Source: Daphnia carinata (lineage: Eukaryota). Taken from it: a stretch of 64,000 nt of DNA. Each line of letters starts with the position of its first letter. The stretch's first letter is position 1. Below, piece after piece: positions 50,401 to 64,000 of the stretch. The notes under the pieces were generated by a model. The model did not search any database and was not told the DNA's origin. It saw nothing but the letters and a program-made list of their open reading frames with translations. A program made the translations under genes and the position numbers. The stretch lies in contig NC_081331.1 in the NCBI RefSeq assembly GCF_022539665.2, positions 11,966,001 to 12,030,000 of the forward strand, read 5' to 3'.

Positions 50401-50884
50401 GTAACGGGTGTGAACTGAACTTACCCTGGAACGGAGCGTAAATGTTGAGATGAAGGCAATCTTCGCTCTGATTTTTGGCCAGCGATTGCTCAATGTGGAG
50501 CAGGTAATCTCTTCGGGCTTTCGACATGAATTTGAGAGATTCTGTTTCATTAGCCAAGTTGGTAGGAAAACGCTGCGGGCAGGCCGGTCCGTGTCGGTCG
50601 GTCATACGCGTGCCCGGCCACGATTGCGGATTGCGTGTCGGGCTGAACCGGTTGATGCCGACGGGCGGTGTGGCGTAAGGAATGCCGAGAAAGACTTCAA
50701 TGGGTCCCAACGGACTTGGCATGGATACAATGAGACCCTGGACTAGTCCATATCGAGTTTTGACACTCGGTCCGGGTGACGTTTTCCCAACAGAAATTGC
50801 TAGCAAACCGCCAACAGCCAGTTGTAGTAAAAGCAAACTGTGTACAATCATAGACGAAACGTAGACGACCCGTCTCGTCGCCAT
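25948..50884 (-). CDS. Nlg: Neuroligin (catalytically dead carboxylesterase-family adhesion protein), about 887 aa; complement(join(25948..26405,26483..26887,27254..27366,28573..28763,30806..31485,35550..35675,35918..35992,39935..40090,50425..50884))
   Basis: Signal peptide; [88 protein letters not shown] (nucleophile Ser replaced by Gly), [17 protein letters not shown]; Ser/Thr-rich stalk; [30 protein letters not shown]. Exons sum to 2664 nt in frame. The last acceptor is non-canonical (CG). Paralogue number not assigned. Confidence 0.93.
26483..26887 (-). CDS. Nlg: Neuroligin exon 8 (dimerisation helix, stalk, TM start)
   Basis: [26 protein letters not shown]...YSTALSVTI; aacag|..|gtaaac. 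Confidence 0.9.
27254..27366 (-). CDS. Nlg: Neuroligin exon 7
   Basis: [37 protein letters not shown]; cgcag|..|gtaatt. Confidence 0.9.
28573..28763 (-). CDS. Nlg: Neuroligin exon 6
   Basis: [15 protein letters not shown]...[16 protein letters not shown]; tacag|..|gtaagt. Confidence 0.9.
29991..30004. repeat. Poly(C)14 tract
   Basis: Homopolymer run in a neuroligin intron. Confidence 0.9.
30806..31485 (-). CDS. Nlg: Neuroligin exon 5
   Basis: [18 protein letters not shown]...[11 protein letters not shown]; tacag|..|gtaatt. Confidence 0.93.
35550..35675 (-). CDS. Nlg: Neuroligin exon 4
   Basis: [42 protein letters not shown]; gaag|..|gtaaca. Confidence 0.92.
35918..35992 (-). CDS. Nlg: Neuroligin exon 3
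   Basis: [25 protein letters not shown]; tgcag|..|gtaagt. Confidence 0.92.
37576..37600. repeat. Poly(C)25 tract (G25 on the neuroligin sense strand)
   Basis: Homopolymer run in a neuroligin intron. Confidence 0.9.
38734..38752. repeat. (TA)n microsatellite
   Basis: (TA)9T. Confidence 0.85.
39935..40090 (-). CDS. Nlg: Neuroligin exon 2
   Basis: [23 protein letters not shown]...NFRLGVL; tacag|..|gtacgt. Confidence 0.93.
   Translation of the reverse strand, partial: VGRGTQWIVFQSSSLFTVNRSTGALVTSTMAPFSPVTQTLLSSPLTFDSVF
50425..50884 (-). CDS. Nlg: Neuroligin coding exon 1 (signal peptide, N-terminal cholinesterase-like domain)
   Basis: gacATGG start; ...APFQG|gtaagt; the exon probably begins at acceptor gtcag| 51244. 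Confidence 0.92.
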
Positions 50885-51244
50885 GTCAAACACGGAACAA
50901 TTGAAGCAGATTCGAGCTTCTGAGAATTATATGGAAGAGTTGAATGTTGATATTGATCGACTGTGAATTAATACGGTCCACCTAACATTCGATCTCCAGT
51001 GTTTCGTCGTTGAAACCACGTTACGACGGACAAACATTCGAGAGTCACTGCACTTGTTGATCAGTTGTCGAGCACTTGATGAGCCGGAGACGATTGCATT
51101 TATCCAAGTAGGGAGAACACGATGACTTAGAGCAGTAAATGCAAGTAAAGATGGCGATAGTTTCATCACTGGCTTCTGGCCGTCTAATGTTTCAGCGTTG
51201 TCGCCAAAGCGCCAGCTGTTGCTGAGCAAGCGAAATTACACCGC
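50885..51244 (-). other. Putative 5' UTR part of neuroligin coding exon 1
   Basis: A pyrimidine-rich tract followed by ctgtcag| at 51245 precedes the region. Confidence 0.5.
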
Positions 51245-54200
51245 CTGACAGAAAAAATATGAAGAAGAAACAATGTTAGTTCTGTATCTTATAGCTACAG
51301 ACTGCATAACTTAGCAACAGGTATAATAAGGCATCAACTAGTTAGGAAAAGAACAACACGTATACAACAACTTTTCCATTAGTTATACTATTAGTTTGCT
51401 TTGTGCCTATTGAATGCGCTTGTGCCAAACAGAATCTTCGTATTTTTGTTGTTGTTAAACTTCGAAAACAAAGGAAAAGAAATTCAATCAATCAAAGTGG
51501 CTTTATACTATTTTTAATTGAATGTTTCTGCGCTGCGAGAAATCGTCACGGTCGTTTACAATTCTCAGACAGTTCACGTTGTTCTTTTTTGCGCCCTTGT
51601 TTAAGCTTGCCTATTAACAGCCGTCACGAGAGAATCCAACGCCGATAATGGCGTGGCAGCAGATTTCTTCGTCGTCCTGTTGCCAGTGCGATTGAACTTA
51701 TTTGACGATCAGAGACAGCGGGATTTAAAAACTTTCCTGTCCACGAATTGCTGTTTCATCGAGAAGAATGGATTTCATTTTTAAGCATTCAGCCGGCGTT
51801 AAAAAAAAGATTGTCGTGACTTGGCTAACAATTTCAAGAGCATATTTTTCAGCACTAGGAGAAGAAGAGAGAGAGAGAGAAAAAAAGATGAAAAGAAATC
51901 GATGTAACCATAGCTGACAGCGCCATTCTGAAACGATGTTCACGCAAGCTTCTTGCCCCCGTTAAACTATTTTTGTCACGAATCACGTCTTGACAAAAAA
52001 GCCCATATATACAGTATATATGTATACTGTATATGTACCCAATTAAAATCAGCGTGATCCTTTGCTGAGGGGTCGAGCCAAATCAAAAAGTTCAAAGCTA
52101 CACAAAACGATGACATGTTTACCCCGAACATTTGTGGAAAATTTTCGTCGCTCACGTGCTATTTCAGATACAATAACACAAAGATTGCTTGATGACAATG
52201 TCCTTCAAGTTGTTTTTCCCACTCTTTCTGAATTCACTTTGATGCAGTCATTCACTTTAACGGTAAATTCAATAACAACCTGCGACGACGGCAGCAGCAA
52301 ACGACTGCCATTTGATTTAAAGAAAAGCAATTTATGTTTCTTCCGTTTTTCAAATGCTTTTTTTTCCAGAGCTTATACGTCCATTGAATATATCATTGCT
52401 GAGGCAAAGGCCTTTGAGAAGAAATAAAATCAATCGATTACACATAAATTTCCGTCGTGTTTCTTTTATCCCTCCAGCGGGCCATGTTCTCTTTCTTCCG
52501 AAAAAAAAATTTGTACTCCGCATGGAACCTGCGGTTTGCCTCTAGTTTCGATCGATGCCATATCTATAACCGTTTCTCTCTATGGGCACGGACGTAAAAA
52601 TAGATCGACTTCTTTTTTTTTTTTTAAGGCGGAAGAAAGATTCCCCTTTGCATATGAATCGCAAGCTATTATTATTCAGGAAAAGACAGTAACCTTTTCG
52701 CCAGGCGCGACCCCAACACCTCTCCGCATCAACGTGCGGGAATTTATTGACGACTATTTGCTTTCAAGTATGTTGGCAGGGAGAGCGACAGACCATTTAA
52801 ACATAAAATATCGATCACGGAGATTGTTAGCATTGCAACTACGGCTGTCTTTAAAACATATGCCAGAAGTGACCCCGGAAGAAGTGGCAAGAACCGCAAG
52901 CGACGTAAAAAAAAAAAGTTGAATCAAATGTTTTGGGACCATAGCAAAAAGAACGAAAGTATGGTAAAAAGTAAATTATAAAGGAAGAGAAAAAATAAAT
53001 AAAAAACTACAAAACAAAGAAAGGAAAAGAAACGTGGGACTGAAGAGCAGCAACGTAGTAACTTCTATTTCCCCATATTTCTTTGTATAACACATGGCAT
53101 CAACAGAAGAAAAAAAACAATAAGCGGAACGGTCAACGGGAAGGCGAAAAAACCTTACACTTTCAGGGTTTTGCTTCGTATTCAGTCACAGACTTTACGT
53201 CCGGTTGGGGTCTCGTTTCTTGTTTACTCCCCGCATGTACAGTTCCGTCTCCAAACGCCAAACCGGTCGCCATTACGGAAGTTGGTGCCCTACTCGCGGC
53301 TGACTTTCACAATCCATCAACGTCGCTTTGCAGTTTTACGCTTCTTGTCATCGCCGTGCAACTGGATCGTCTTGACTCTCTAACGAGATCCAAAAGAACT
53401 GTATCTACCCCACCCCCAGCATCTTGTCACGTCTAAAATATTCACGTTGATTCCGACATAAAATGCGAACACGAGCAACTCAGCAACGAAAAACTTTCCA
53501 ACGTGTACTTTGGAAAACACAAAGCAAAATATCAAGTTGTGTTTGCTGAAACACTTGACTTTGCCAGAGCTTTATACCTTCCATTTTCCCCCTTTTCGTC
53601 CAATTTCAAGAGGGATGCCCTGTTGGAAATTTGAATACGGATATTTCCATTCTTCGTTTCCTAGCGCTGTCGTGTTGTACGCGGAAATGTAAAAGTGAGA
53701 TAGAAATCCTTCACGTTATATTTGTGAGTATAGTTACAGCATAAATAACGATTTTTTTTTTTGGAGGGGAGAGCCGTTTTTGTTTTTCTTTAACAGAGGA
53801 ACGGATTCTATATTTGCGCTTGAGGTTTCGCATTCGTAATGTTTGAGGCGGCCCTCTTTTCATTCAATCTTTACATCATCGAGAGTTAAATCCAGAAATA
53901 AAACAAGGATAAAGAGCAAACATCCAAAAAGTTTATTTTATTCTTAGATTTTATAAAATGATTTTAGCCCTTCGAATCTATTGAATAGAAAAGCGTTGCT
54001 AGAAATAGGCATTCATCTGTCATCGATTGATGCCCTCAATTCGTACGCAATTGTCAATTTTTCATCGCAAATGCCGTGATGAGCGAACGTTGCAGCTGAC
54101 GATTCCTCCATTCCAGACTATTCGAATTGAAAAGTAAAACATATGGTGTGCGAGAAAAGCAAAAAAACAACAAAAATGGCATACATCATTCCTTTTAGAG

Positions 54201-57200
54201 TTTCTATTCACTACGACGAGTGCGCCGAGTTTGCACTCGCACTTGCATATTTATTGTACGCGTCCACAGAAGCGGACAGTGCGTCATTTTTTGTTCAGAT
54301 GACCAGTGGGAAAACATCCGATGCGAATATGCATAAAGAATGGAGACCCAAGTTTAGATGACGTCGATTGTCAAAGCTCTATGCAGATCGAAAAGACACA
54401 GCTGACGCATGTTGATACGAAATGCTTAAACGATAGAACAAAAATGAAATTCTTCGTATAATTCAACAACCTTAATGCCGTGCTTGATTAATTTACGTTC
54501 AAGAGAGTCAAACTGCTTTCAAACTTCGCTCAAATGTCCAGCAACTGGATTCGCTAAGGAATCACGCTGTTAAAAATATGACTTCCAGATGCGACGATTA
54601 TTCATGGACGATGAATGTGTAGAGATAACGAACACATGCAGTGGCTTGCAAATCACTGTTGATTCTTCGTAATTTAATGACTGACTTGAATAGTGATCAA
54701 ACTGCAATGGCTCTTGCATCCGCAATAAAATAAAACATGGAACTATTTTAGGCTTTATGTACAATATATATTTTTCCTATATGCTTTTCTTTTTGTCTTC
54801 CGGTTGCCACGGGGATTGCGTGTTGATGATGTCTTACGTGTACATATACTGTACCTATTTGGTAACCCTTTTTCTAGTGCGGATCGATTGATCGTTGCCA
54901 CATCATTCACGTTCGCTCTATGGTTTTGCTATTCCATCTGCTCTTCTTTTGTTTTTTAACCGGTCCACGATTTCTTTTTGCACAGTAATTTGCAATTCAT
55001 TGGTACAAATATTTGTTTTTCCCATTCTGTTTTTGAATCAGTTCTTTTTGTCTTATGTCTGTTTCTTTCATTTCCATTTACTTTGCTCATTTCGTATTTT
55101 TGACTTTAATCTCCGAGAAGGGCGTAGCGACAGAGGCTACGTCAGCTCTATTATCTAAAGCCAAAACGGATGACGCACTGTCGGCTTGATAGTGGAAGTA
55201 TGGAACACGGTGCGTATATGCCAGTGCCGGGTTGAATCCAGCTCGACATCCGGACGTTGACAGAAAATTATAGAAGCAGAAACGGCAGTTTCATTGAGTC
55301 AACTATAAGCGATGTGCTGCTGGTGCACACGAAAAAATAAACTACATATGCGATGCGCACATACATCAACTTTCGTGACGAACTATATGCAGTATGTGCA
55401 TTTTCTTGTTTACTCTGGCCGGCTGGTCTTCCACTCCGTCATCGTTCTACACATTTTTTTTCATTCACCCCTCTTTCATTTATAGCCTACTGCGTTATTC
55501 ACTCGCCATTTTTTTTCTTGTTTAGTTAAGTTCGGTGCTCGTCCTCTTCTACGAGCAATATCTGTTTTCCTCAATTTCAGCGTCCGGCTGATGTTACAGC
55601 TATGTATACCTCGAAATCCCCTCCGATCATCGATCCAGCATTTGGGATGGATGATCGCCTACAGAATACACACTTCACCTCCACGTAGACGGACAGAAAG
55701 ACCGAGTTTTTTCTCATTTTGCCCAATTCCTTTAGTTTTGCTCTGTTTCACCAACATGTCCGGAATTCTTGTTTAACTGGAATCGGAAAAAATATCGAGT
55801 TAAGAACCAACTGCTTGTGTAATGATACAGAAATTGAAATACCACGTATACTATTTCAAAAGATAGGGATAATTGAGTGATGCAATGGACGGGGTAAACA
55901 TCGTACTGATCGACCCGAAACTGTCGGTGACGGTAGCTCAGTAAAACATTCCACTCAAAAGAGTGCCAAGTTCACATCACAATGGCTACGTGACGAGTTG
56001 CCAGCCAAAATCGCTGGCCTCCATCGATCAACTTTTTAGCTGATTTTCGTTTTTTTTCTTTGCCCCACTCGTACTTTGCTTTTGTAACTCAATTTGATAA
56101 CTATTCAAGCCTTATTCATCGTTCGTCTCCTATATTTAAACTGCTTACAACTCAACTGTCATTCGTTCTCGGCAGTATGAAAAACAGATCCAGAAAAACC
56201 ATTCCTCTGGGCTGCCCAACACTCTCCTCCATCATCAAATCCTTCAATTCACCCACTTGCCAGTTCTCTTCTTTGCCAGTAAAACGATGACATGCCGATC
56301 CATTCAGTAGACTATATATATAGGACCACTGTTATTTGTTTGCAAGTTCTTCTTTTTTCATTTCACAGGGGCCGCGTTGCTGGAACTTGTGCAGAAGAAA
56401 AGGTCAGCAGCCACGACAACAAAATGGAAGCGACTAGAGTATTTATTATATGAGGACTGTATAAGCCATGACTGAGTCGACGACATTGACGGCGAAGGGA
56501 AGAAAAAAAAAAGAACAAGAGGAAGTAACCTCCGATGGAAAAGTCGGAAATAGAGGGAGATCTTACTAAGCCAAGTTCTGTCGCTTCGAATTCCAAGTTG
56601 GAATGTCATGAGAATCATGTGTGTGTATACACTATATGTGTACTGACATTATAGAGGTCTTCCTTTTTTTCGGTATTCAGATTAGGAATTTTCTGGTCGG
56701 CATAGTCACACAATAATAAAGAAAGAAAAAGAAAAATTGAACGTCAGAGTGGATGCAGTTCAATAACGTCCTCGTTATGGGTTGCTATTATTTCTTAAAT
56801 GAACGCTAATTGAACCGTTTGTTAATTTTAAACAATCGATCAAAATTTAGCAAAACTGAATTGAAGATGTGCAAAAAGTTTCTTTTATCATTGAATTTAG
56901 ATTTTACGTTATTCTGGTGACGTACCACTCGTTAACAAAAGACAGTGCTTGTAACTGAAAGCTGCCAATTTTTTCAGCAACTTCTTCCATTTCTTTTTTT
57001 TTTGCAAGTCAAGTGACCGCTTGATTCTGCACTATTAAATGCAGACATTGTCAGTCTATTCCGTAGCTACACACATATGCCATCCACTGCGGTGTATATT
57101 TGTCAAAAATGAATGAACTGACATTGGCTTTGTTTCCCATGACAAAGGCGAACGTCTGGAGAATAGGATCGAATAAATCAATGAATGTGACGAAAGGATG

Positions 57201-60200
57201 ATACGGGCTCTGAACATATAAACTAATAAAACTCTCATGTGTTTGCCTCTTGTAATTGTGCATCTGGTTAGCGCAGGTTTCATAACAAGTCAATTTATCT
57301 CGACCAAAAAAAAAAAGGTCACGCGACTCTAAACAGAACTAAGGACCAAGAAATTAATAAGTGCCACGTCTTTGCTTGCTCTTTTCCTTATAATCTTTAG
57401 TGTTATTAAAAGCCACCCATCTGCTGTCCGTGTCCCTTCTTCACCCTTTGCGGCTTTTCTATAGCCATTTGGAGAAAGAGGTCGTTCTCGTTGGCACTCG
57501 TCGCGTTTGCCCTTTTCTCGGCTGCTGATAGAAAACGTTGACTTCTATGTTATCTCGTTTGAATCGCAAGTCGTGTACGCGTACTTGTGCGTTTTGACGG
57601 ATGCATACGTGTCACGTCTCATTCTCTGTCCTTTTTAATTCAAGTCATCGAGTTTGCTGTTACTGAAGAGAAAAATGGGAACGAAGGAGCACTTAAAGAA
57701 AACATCGATAAGAAAATGCTGACGGCGTACTTTTTAAAGGAAATTTTAAGCTTCCTGTTTTCTTGTTTTTTTTTCCAGATTTTATTAGCTGAAGAAAATC
57801 CATAAAAAGCAGGAGATTTTACTTTTCATTTGACACGTCCACGTTTTTCTCGTTCTCTTCACAACGTTTATTGTTGGTGTAGGCCATGCGGCAGTCTCTC
57901 TGTTTGCTGCTTCTCTTAACGTGGCCTGAATTGTAAAGTCAACAGCCCTCCTATACGATAGAAACCGTAAGGATTAGAGGTCTAGTTCAAACGAGTTTCA
58001 ATCCCTGTTACGAATGAAAAGATGGGGTTCAAGGGCCCGTACTGTGAAGAGCCAACAAGACGTGATGAAAATGAATCGCTTTTATACGGCTCTGTTTATT
58101 GTTATTGTTTCTTTCGAGGCTCCATGCAAATGCGCGTCTTCCTTGCGTGTAACATAGGAGTCCAAGTTAAAGGCAAAACACATTACACGCCTGCACGAAA
58201 TAATGCACCAAACTTATGTTCAAACGTATTTTCCACATGGCCCATTTTTCCTGAAGTTGTTGAGGATTTTTTGCGAGTAGCCCTCTTCCCCCCTTGAGAA
58301 TGTTGTCTCTAATACACTAAGGCGACCTTAATTCTCAACTCACTCAACATTTTTCTATTTGTCGTCGGCAATTAGACGGCGCATATTTGCGGAAAAGCTT
58401 AGCCAGTTATTCATATTCCTCCATTTGCTGATTCTATATGAGTTCGGTTACTGCACGTCTGTGTACTGGCACGTATTCATATTGAACAGAATGATACGTT
58501 ATGGCGTTTATTACATAAGCAGAACTTCCCATCTTGAGAGCTTGTTTCCCAAACAGCGTGAATTGGAATAGCAGAGGGGACACTATCTGAGTCCACCAGC
58601 CTTTAAAGGAGCCATATAGGCTGTCGGTTTATGCGTACCGAAACGTTGCGTTCGCTATAACCAAATGAAGACGACAACATCTATCACATTCACAAGAAAG
58701 GGAAGCCCTGTCTACACCTATAGCGAGGGGTGCGCACACATGCAAAAGTCGTGAGTTGTCATACTCCGGAACGACGACGAGCCACACTAGAGCAGAAAAG
58801 AAAAGAGAGTTTGAGGTTTTCTTTTTGTTGTTTGTGTTTGTATACTGTCCATATACTCTGTGGCGCGTGGTTCTCTGCCGGCTTGCTTGCTTATATTCCA
58901 TGTGTTTACACAAAACGGAATTTTTTCTTTCACCCTTTTTAGTGCTCCTCTCGGCGTTGCATACGGAGCGGTAAGGCTGCATTTTCGTCGTAAAATCTTG
59001 TTGTATATTTACTCCCCGACGACTAACCCGCTTGAGACACACCACAGCCAATCATTTGATACAACACGGATTGTTGTCCCCCTCTTCTTCTTCTTATGTA
59101 CATGATGATGGTCCAACGCCCACGGACCTACACCCGCTTCGCTCAATCATGTTTTCTCTTTGGATGAGGATTTTCCTTTTCTTTATTTTTATAGACGCAT
59201 CCTTCGACCGAGACAATATATTTTGTTTTTATTCGTAGTACAACAATAGCGTGAACTTTATTACAACACGGAATTTACTAGAGTGGGCAAAAGAACATTG
59301 GGCCAGAAACTCAGAAATCTCCAGTCTGTCACGTAGGATTAGCCTATTTCGTATTCGATATTATTCACTCCATTTCATCTAACAGCAATAGATTTTTACC
59401 ATTTTCCTATTATTTTAACGTTTCTAAATATCCAGCCCTTTGCATATTTCCCTCTTTTGTTTCCTGGTGTTATTTCCCTGATGCTCAAAACATTTCGAGC
59501 GTCTGTGAAGGGCTACCTGTCCTACATGTACAGCCAGGTGGTTACATACTAAATTTAACAATGTTTGTTTTTCACATAAAACTCGGAATGAGGTAAGAAC
59601 ATAAAACTTCAGTCTTCATCAGACACAATCAGCACTAGCAAATAAAAGCAGAGAAGAGAAATCCACCGATACTGAAACTCGTTGCAAACGCAATAACTGC
59701 AACGCACTTTCGCCCACTATGCGGCTACTCGTGTTATTGCTTGGTTGTTGTTTATTGCTAAAACAGTCGTTTTACTCGTTCACCGTGCCTCCACTCATGT
59801 CGCGGGCGTAATCAAATCACAGTGAAATATATTTGGGAGTTATAACCTGTTCTTGTTTGGACGTCAGTTGTTTTGCATAGGAGGATGAAATACCTTTCAA
59901 AATGAGACACTTACAGGAATAATGTTGACGTTGCTGTTGCGTAAAATGCGGTCTAGTTGAACACAGAAAGAGCCAATTTAAGGTGATGTCATCCAGCGTA
60001 CTTGATGATGCCGCACTAATCGAGAAAAGTGATTCTCAACCTCACATTCAATTTCGATGCTATCGTCACCGGTTCTCATCGTCGACGGCGCACAATTCAA
60101 ATCCTATCGCCAGAATATAGTTGTGTAAACGACGAATACAAGTTGAAAAAAAAAAAATAAACAAACAAGACACTCCGTTTCATCATTCAAAATCCATTTT

Positions 60201-63200
60201 TTTTTTCAAGCTGCTCACAAACTTTAGTACAAACTGTTTGGAGCGGTAGTATAGGCAAAAGAAAAAAAAGTTTGTGGAAGAAGACGCGGAGACCACTTTG
60301 GTTGAGCGAGCGAGACAGTGAAACTTTAGGTCGCCTCTCTCTTCAAAGACTGACTTGGAACTGCAGCATCCAACAACGGGCGACGGCCACTACTGTGCGA
60401 TACTCTCTTGCGCCTTCTTCCCTCCTGCTCATCTGACGACGCATTTATTTTGTTTCCCTTCATACCAACCTCCCCACTCCTGTTTTACTTCTGCGTTTTG
60501 CTTTTTGGTACCCGAAGCTCTGGTCCGCCGTGAGGAATGAGAGCGGCCGATTTTCGTGGGAGGTATAGAAAACGAGGTCTGGTTAGAGTCGGCTGCATTT
60601 TGCGGAAGCTTTCTGCGTGATCAATCCAGCCCAACTGGGCATGCGCTAATACGTTGACGACAACAGGGCGTTTCCTCATCCATCCTTGTTTCTTTCTATT
60701 TCTTTTCCCTATCTGTGGTGTGTCCTCCTCTCTTTTGAAACACATCTTATTCGTGCAAACATCTTCTACCTCCTCATCTCTTCGTCAACGATGTCCTTCT
60801 TTTATTCCGCTTTGACGTCCAAGACGATGGAGGTGGTGGCGGTTTTTATAAGACAATGTCGGTCGAGAGCTCGGGGAAAACAAGGAAGAACAACAGCGCA
60901 GTGGACGGAAAGGATTCGACACAGAAAGAGCTTTTTTTTTTTTTAAAAAATAAAAAAAAGGACAGGAACAGACAAACGTGTCTTTTATGTTACGTCCCTT
61001 TTGTTCTCGCTCTTTTTTGTTTCCTGTTCCTCATTTTTTTTCTCTTTCGCTGGAATAACACTAATGTGAAAGAAAAAAATTTATGGAACGAAAAGCTGTC
61101 ACAGCGCGGAAGCCTTGAAGGGCATGGCAAAATGAGCTAACCAATCGATATACAATTGCGTTTGGTCCGGCGTAGTCTATACGATAGGGTGACGCCGGAA
61201 GAGAGGAATAATAAAGTTACACCGATTGCTCTATGGAGATAGCGACCTCTAGGATACTAGGCATCGTTCGATATCTAAGCTGGTACACGTAATCCACTTG
61301 GTTGAGAGAGGGAGATGTATGAGCTGCCTGATGGACCGTTGCATTTCAAATGAACGAATTCTAGAGACGTAAACCAGGGCCATAGTTTGCATCACGATGT
61401 TTCTTTTTTTTTTTTTACTTGTGGAATATGAAAGTCAAGGCTGATCTTCCTCATCGTCTGTTGAAAAAGCAGCTAGAAGTGGAAAGCTTGTTATAGTGCA
61501 GCTGGAATGATTATTTTTTTAGGAGGAATTCTTTTGAAACATAATACATTTACCTTGAGGAGCAAAGTCAAAAGAACAAAGAACGATACGAAAATCGAGA
61601 AAGCAAAAAGAGAAAATGCAAAGACTGTGTATATGTAGAGATCAATGCCTACATTTTATCGCATTAGTATATCACGAAGGAGAAAGAAACAACAAAGTGC
61701 ATGAAAATGGTTTATGTAACTGTGGGCAAAAAGGGTGTCTGACGAAACTTACCTTCAGGGTTTATATGTTACTCGCAGCTGACGCCTGGTCGATTGCTAC
61801 GAGTCTAAACACAATGTATGTAACTAGTCTTACATTATCAATTAACAATGAGCAGTCTCCATTCTTTGAGCAAAAATCTCCTTAGTTACGTAAAAAAAGG
61901 TGAATGCTTATTACATATGGTTAAATGTTTTGATTTCTCTTTTAACTGGGGAAAATAAAAAGCTCTTTTTTCACAGTGCACATTATTGCGTTAAACGAAG
62001 ATCGATGCAGCCCCCATACAATACTTTTCATCCCCCCTTTTTTTATTTTACTTTTCCCTGATACACGAGCTTCTCATTTAATAGGTTCTCTTTTATTTTG
62101 CCCTGTATACTTGGCAGAAGTCATGGTGGTAATGCACCAAGTTGGGAATAATTAGGTTCATCGCTATTCTACAAACAAGACAATCCTCTCTCTCCGCCAA
62201 AAAAAGGAACAAAATTAAATAAAACAGATGAATAGCTGAATTTCATATTCCCAAGACAATCAGTTTTTTGAGCCGGAGGAAATGCCACCGTCGCTATGAT
62301 ACACATCCATATATTATTGCCAGAATAAATGATAACTGATGTGATTGCCTTCATTAGCATTTGTCTAACAGCGTATCTCTCCTTATACCCTATGGCGGTC
62401 GTGACCGATTCGATCTTGCTGTGGTAAACGGAAGAAAAAAAAAGGGAGAAAATTATCAAATTATAAAAGAGAAAAGCGCAGGCAGAGATGCATCCATGAG
62501 TGCGTGGATGTGTATATGGCTGGCTTGCAAAGGGAAAAGAAAAAAAGTTGGTATTGATTTGATGCCATACCGTGATGCGGGAGAGATGCAACCAGGAAGA
62601 AGGGCTGGGGGAGGTCTCCGTCTATTGTGCGATGATGTTGCGCGTGTCTTGCTTTTGACATCTTTTGCCTGCTGACGTTGAAGTTTGTTTTGTTGTCACC
62701 TTATCGCGTCACTCTCGTTATTTTGGATTCGCTGTTATTTCATTTTGCTTCTAAGGGCATGAAACGGATCGTTGGGCTTACGTTTCGAACTCAACAACAT
62801 TGTAAATATAAACAAACAAATAGAAAGGACATTAATGAGGAGCTTTAAGGATTGGCGTGTTCTTCTAGATCTCATTGTTTCCTCATTATCTGCGATTTTA
62901 TCAAAATTCAACTGCCTTTATTACGGATGTATTCCGCGACATTACCTTTGATGCTCCCAACCGTTGCTCGAATTTGCATTCCAATAAGAAATAATCATTT
63001 CCCATCGAAATCCGCGTAGTGGTTGCCATTCCCTGCTCGAACAATCACGTGCCACATGGAACAAGATGAAATCGAACAATAATAAGACTGGAACAATCAC
63101 GCAAATGAAACAGAATTGTGCGGAGAGAGCGACGTGACTTGTGTCGATTAACGTTGCGAATGATTGAACTTTAAAGGCTAATAACATATGGTTATACACG

Positions 63201-64000
63201 ATGCAGATTTTTGAAATTTACAGTCCATCAAATAATTTGGAAAACTCGTCGATAATAAAAATAATAGTGGTGGTAGCGCGGAACATTTTAACTTACGTAT
63301 GTAAGGGGAATTACAATGGAAATGTTCTACGAGCCAAGAAACAACAATCGGCCCTTGACTCTGTTCGCAAAAAAAAACCGGCCCTTTTTTATTAAGCAAC
63401 TAAATATTTGTTTTTTATTGCTGGGCTTTGTAGACTTGGTATAATTTAGTTGGCAGACTTACATTACGTCCAGTCTATTAGTTAAGCGATATTATTAAAA
63501 TCTGGCAAGATAATACATGGAATAGTCTCGTCAAAGTTGATAGAGCCCGCTCGGCAGGGCAGATGATAATAGAAAGATGGACGCATTATCGTATGAACTT
63601 GATTTCATAAGCTACAGCCACACATAATTTCTAAACCACAGAACGTGGGATCTTTTAGCTTTTGCGCCGAGAAAAAACAAAAACAAAAGCGAAACGAAAC
63701 AAGGAGAAACAAAAAAGGGTGTAGGTCTGCTAAATGCTATCTTGATCTTTGTCTTTTCTTCCTTCATCAAGCGGATGAAGGGAGCATTGGAACATTTTGC
63801 GCAACGGGGTATGTTCTCCACCAACTGAAAAGATCCAACCGAAATAGTAAATGAAGATAGCGCATAGACCAAAGAAGGAAAAATTATGACGAAATGCGGA
63901 TGTTGATTGCCTGATGTCAGTCAAAGAAACTAAGTGCGATCGGCTAACATATTAAGACAAGTGCAATTATTTTAAAGGGATATTGATCTTCATTCTTAAG

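Noticed and set aside
26888..50424. Intronic miR-932, known from an insect neuroligin intron
   Set aside because: I could not find the mature sequence by eye on either strand; an Rfam/miRBase search would be needed to exclude it.
25948..50884. Active acetylcholinesterase or carboxylesterase
   Set aside because: The nucleophile elbow is GFGAG with no Ser, and a TM helix plus cytoplasmic tail are present, so it is a neuroligin.
51245..64000. Additional protein-coding gene or defined upstream neuroligin exons in the last 13 kb
   Set aside because: Only short low-complexity ORFs are present. Donor-like sites (about 61552, 61752, 62945 on -) cannot be validated without transcripts.

Overview
Eukaryotic (animal) genomic DNA, AT-rich with many 60-90 nt spliceosomal introns; the gene style suggests an arthropod, possibly a branchiopod crustacean such as Daphnia (inference only). 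I reconstructed four spliced protein-coding genes by hand. (1) The 3' part (TM3-TM7, three exons) of a divergent rhodopsin-class GPCR on +. (2) A complete 3-exon CHMP1A-type ESCRT-III gene on -. (3) A complete 11-coding-exon non-visual beta-arrestin (kurtz/ARRB-type) on -. (4) A 9-coding-exon neuroligin on - spanning about 25 kb, whose 5' leader probably extends towards or beyond the right edge. There is one intact initiator tRNA-Met gene and a repeat-rich island (about 6.1-7.7 kb) with tandem repeats, palindromes and a degenerate tRNA-like head. The most unusual observation is the last neuroligin intron: it contains no AG at all. The conserved transmembrane helix can only be restored through a non-canonical GT...CG junction, while every canonical outcome gives a neuroligin without the transmembrane helix. 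This is either a base-call error/variant or a membrane-versus-secreted splice switch. Most short ORFs in the supplied track are intronic or intergenic noise. No prokaryotic features or CRISPR arrays were seen.
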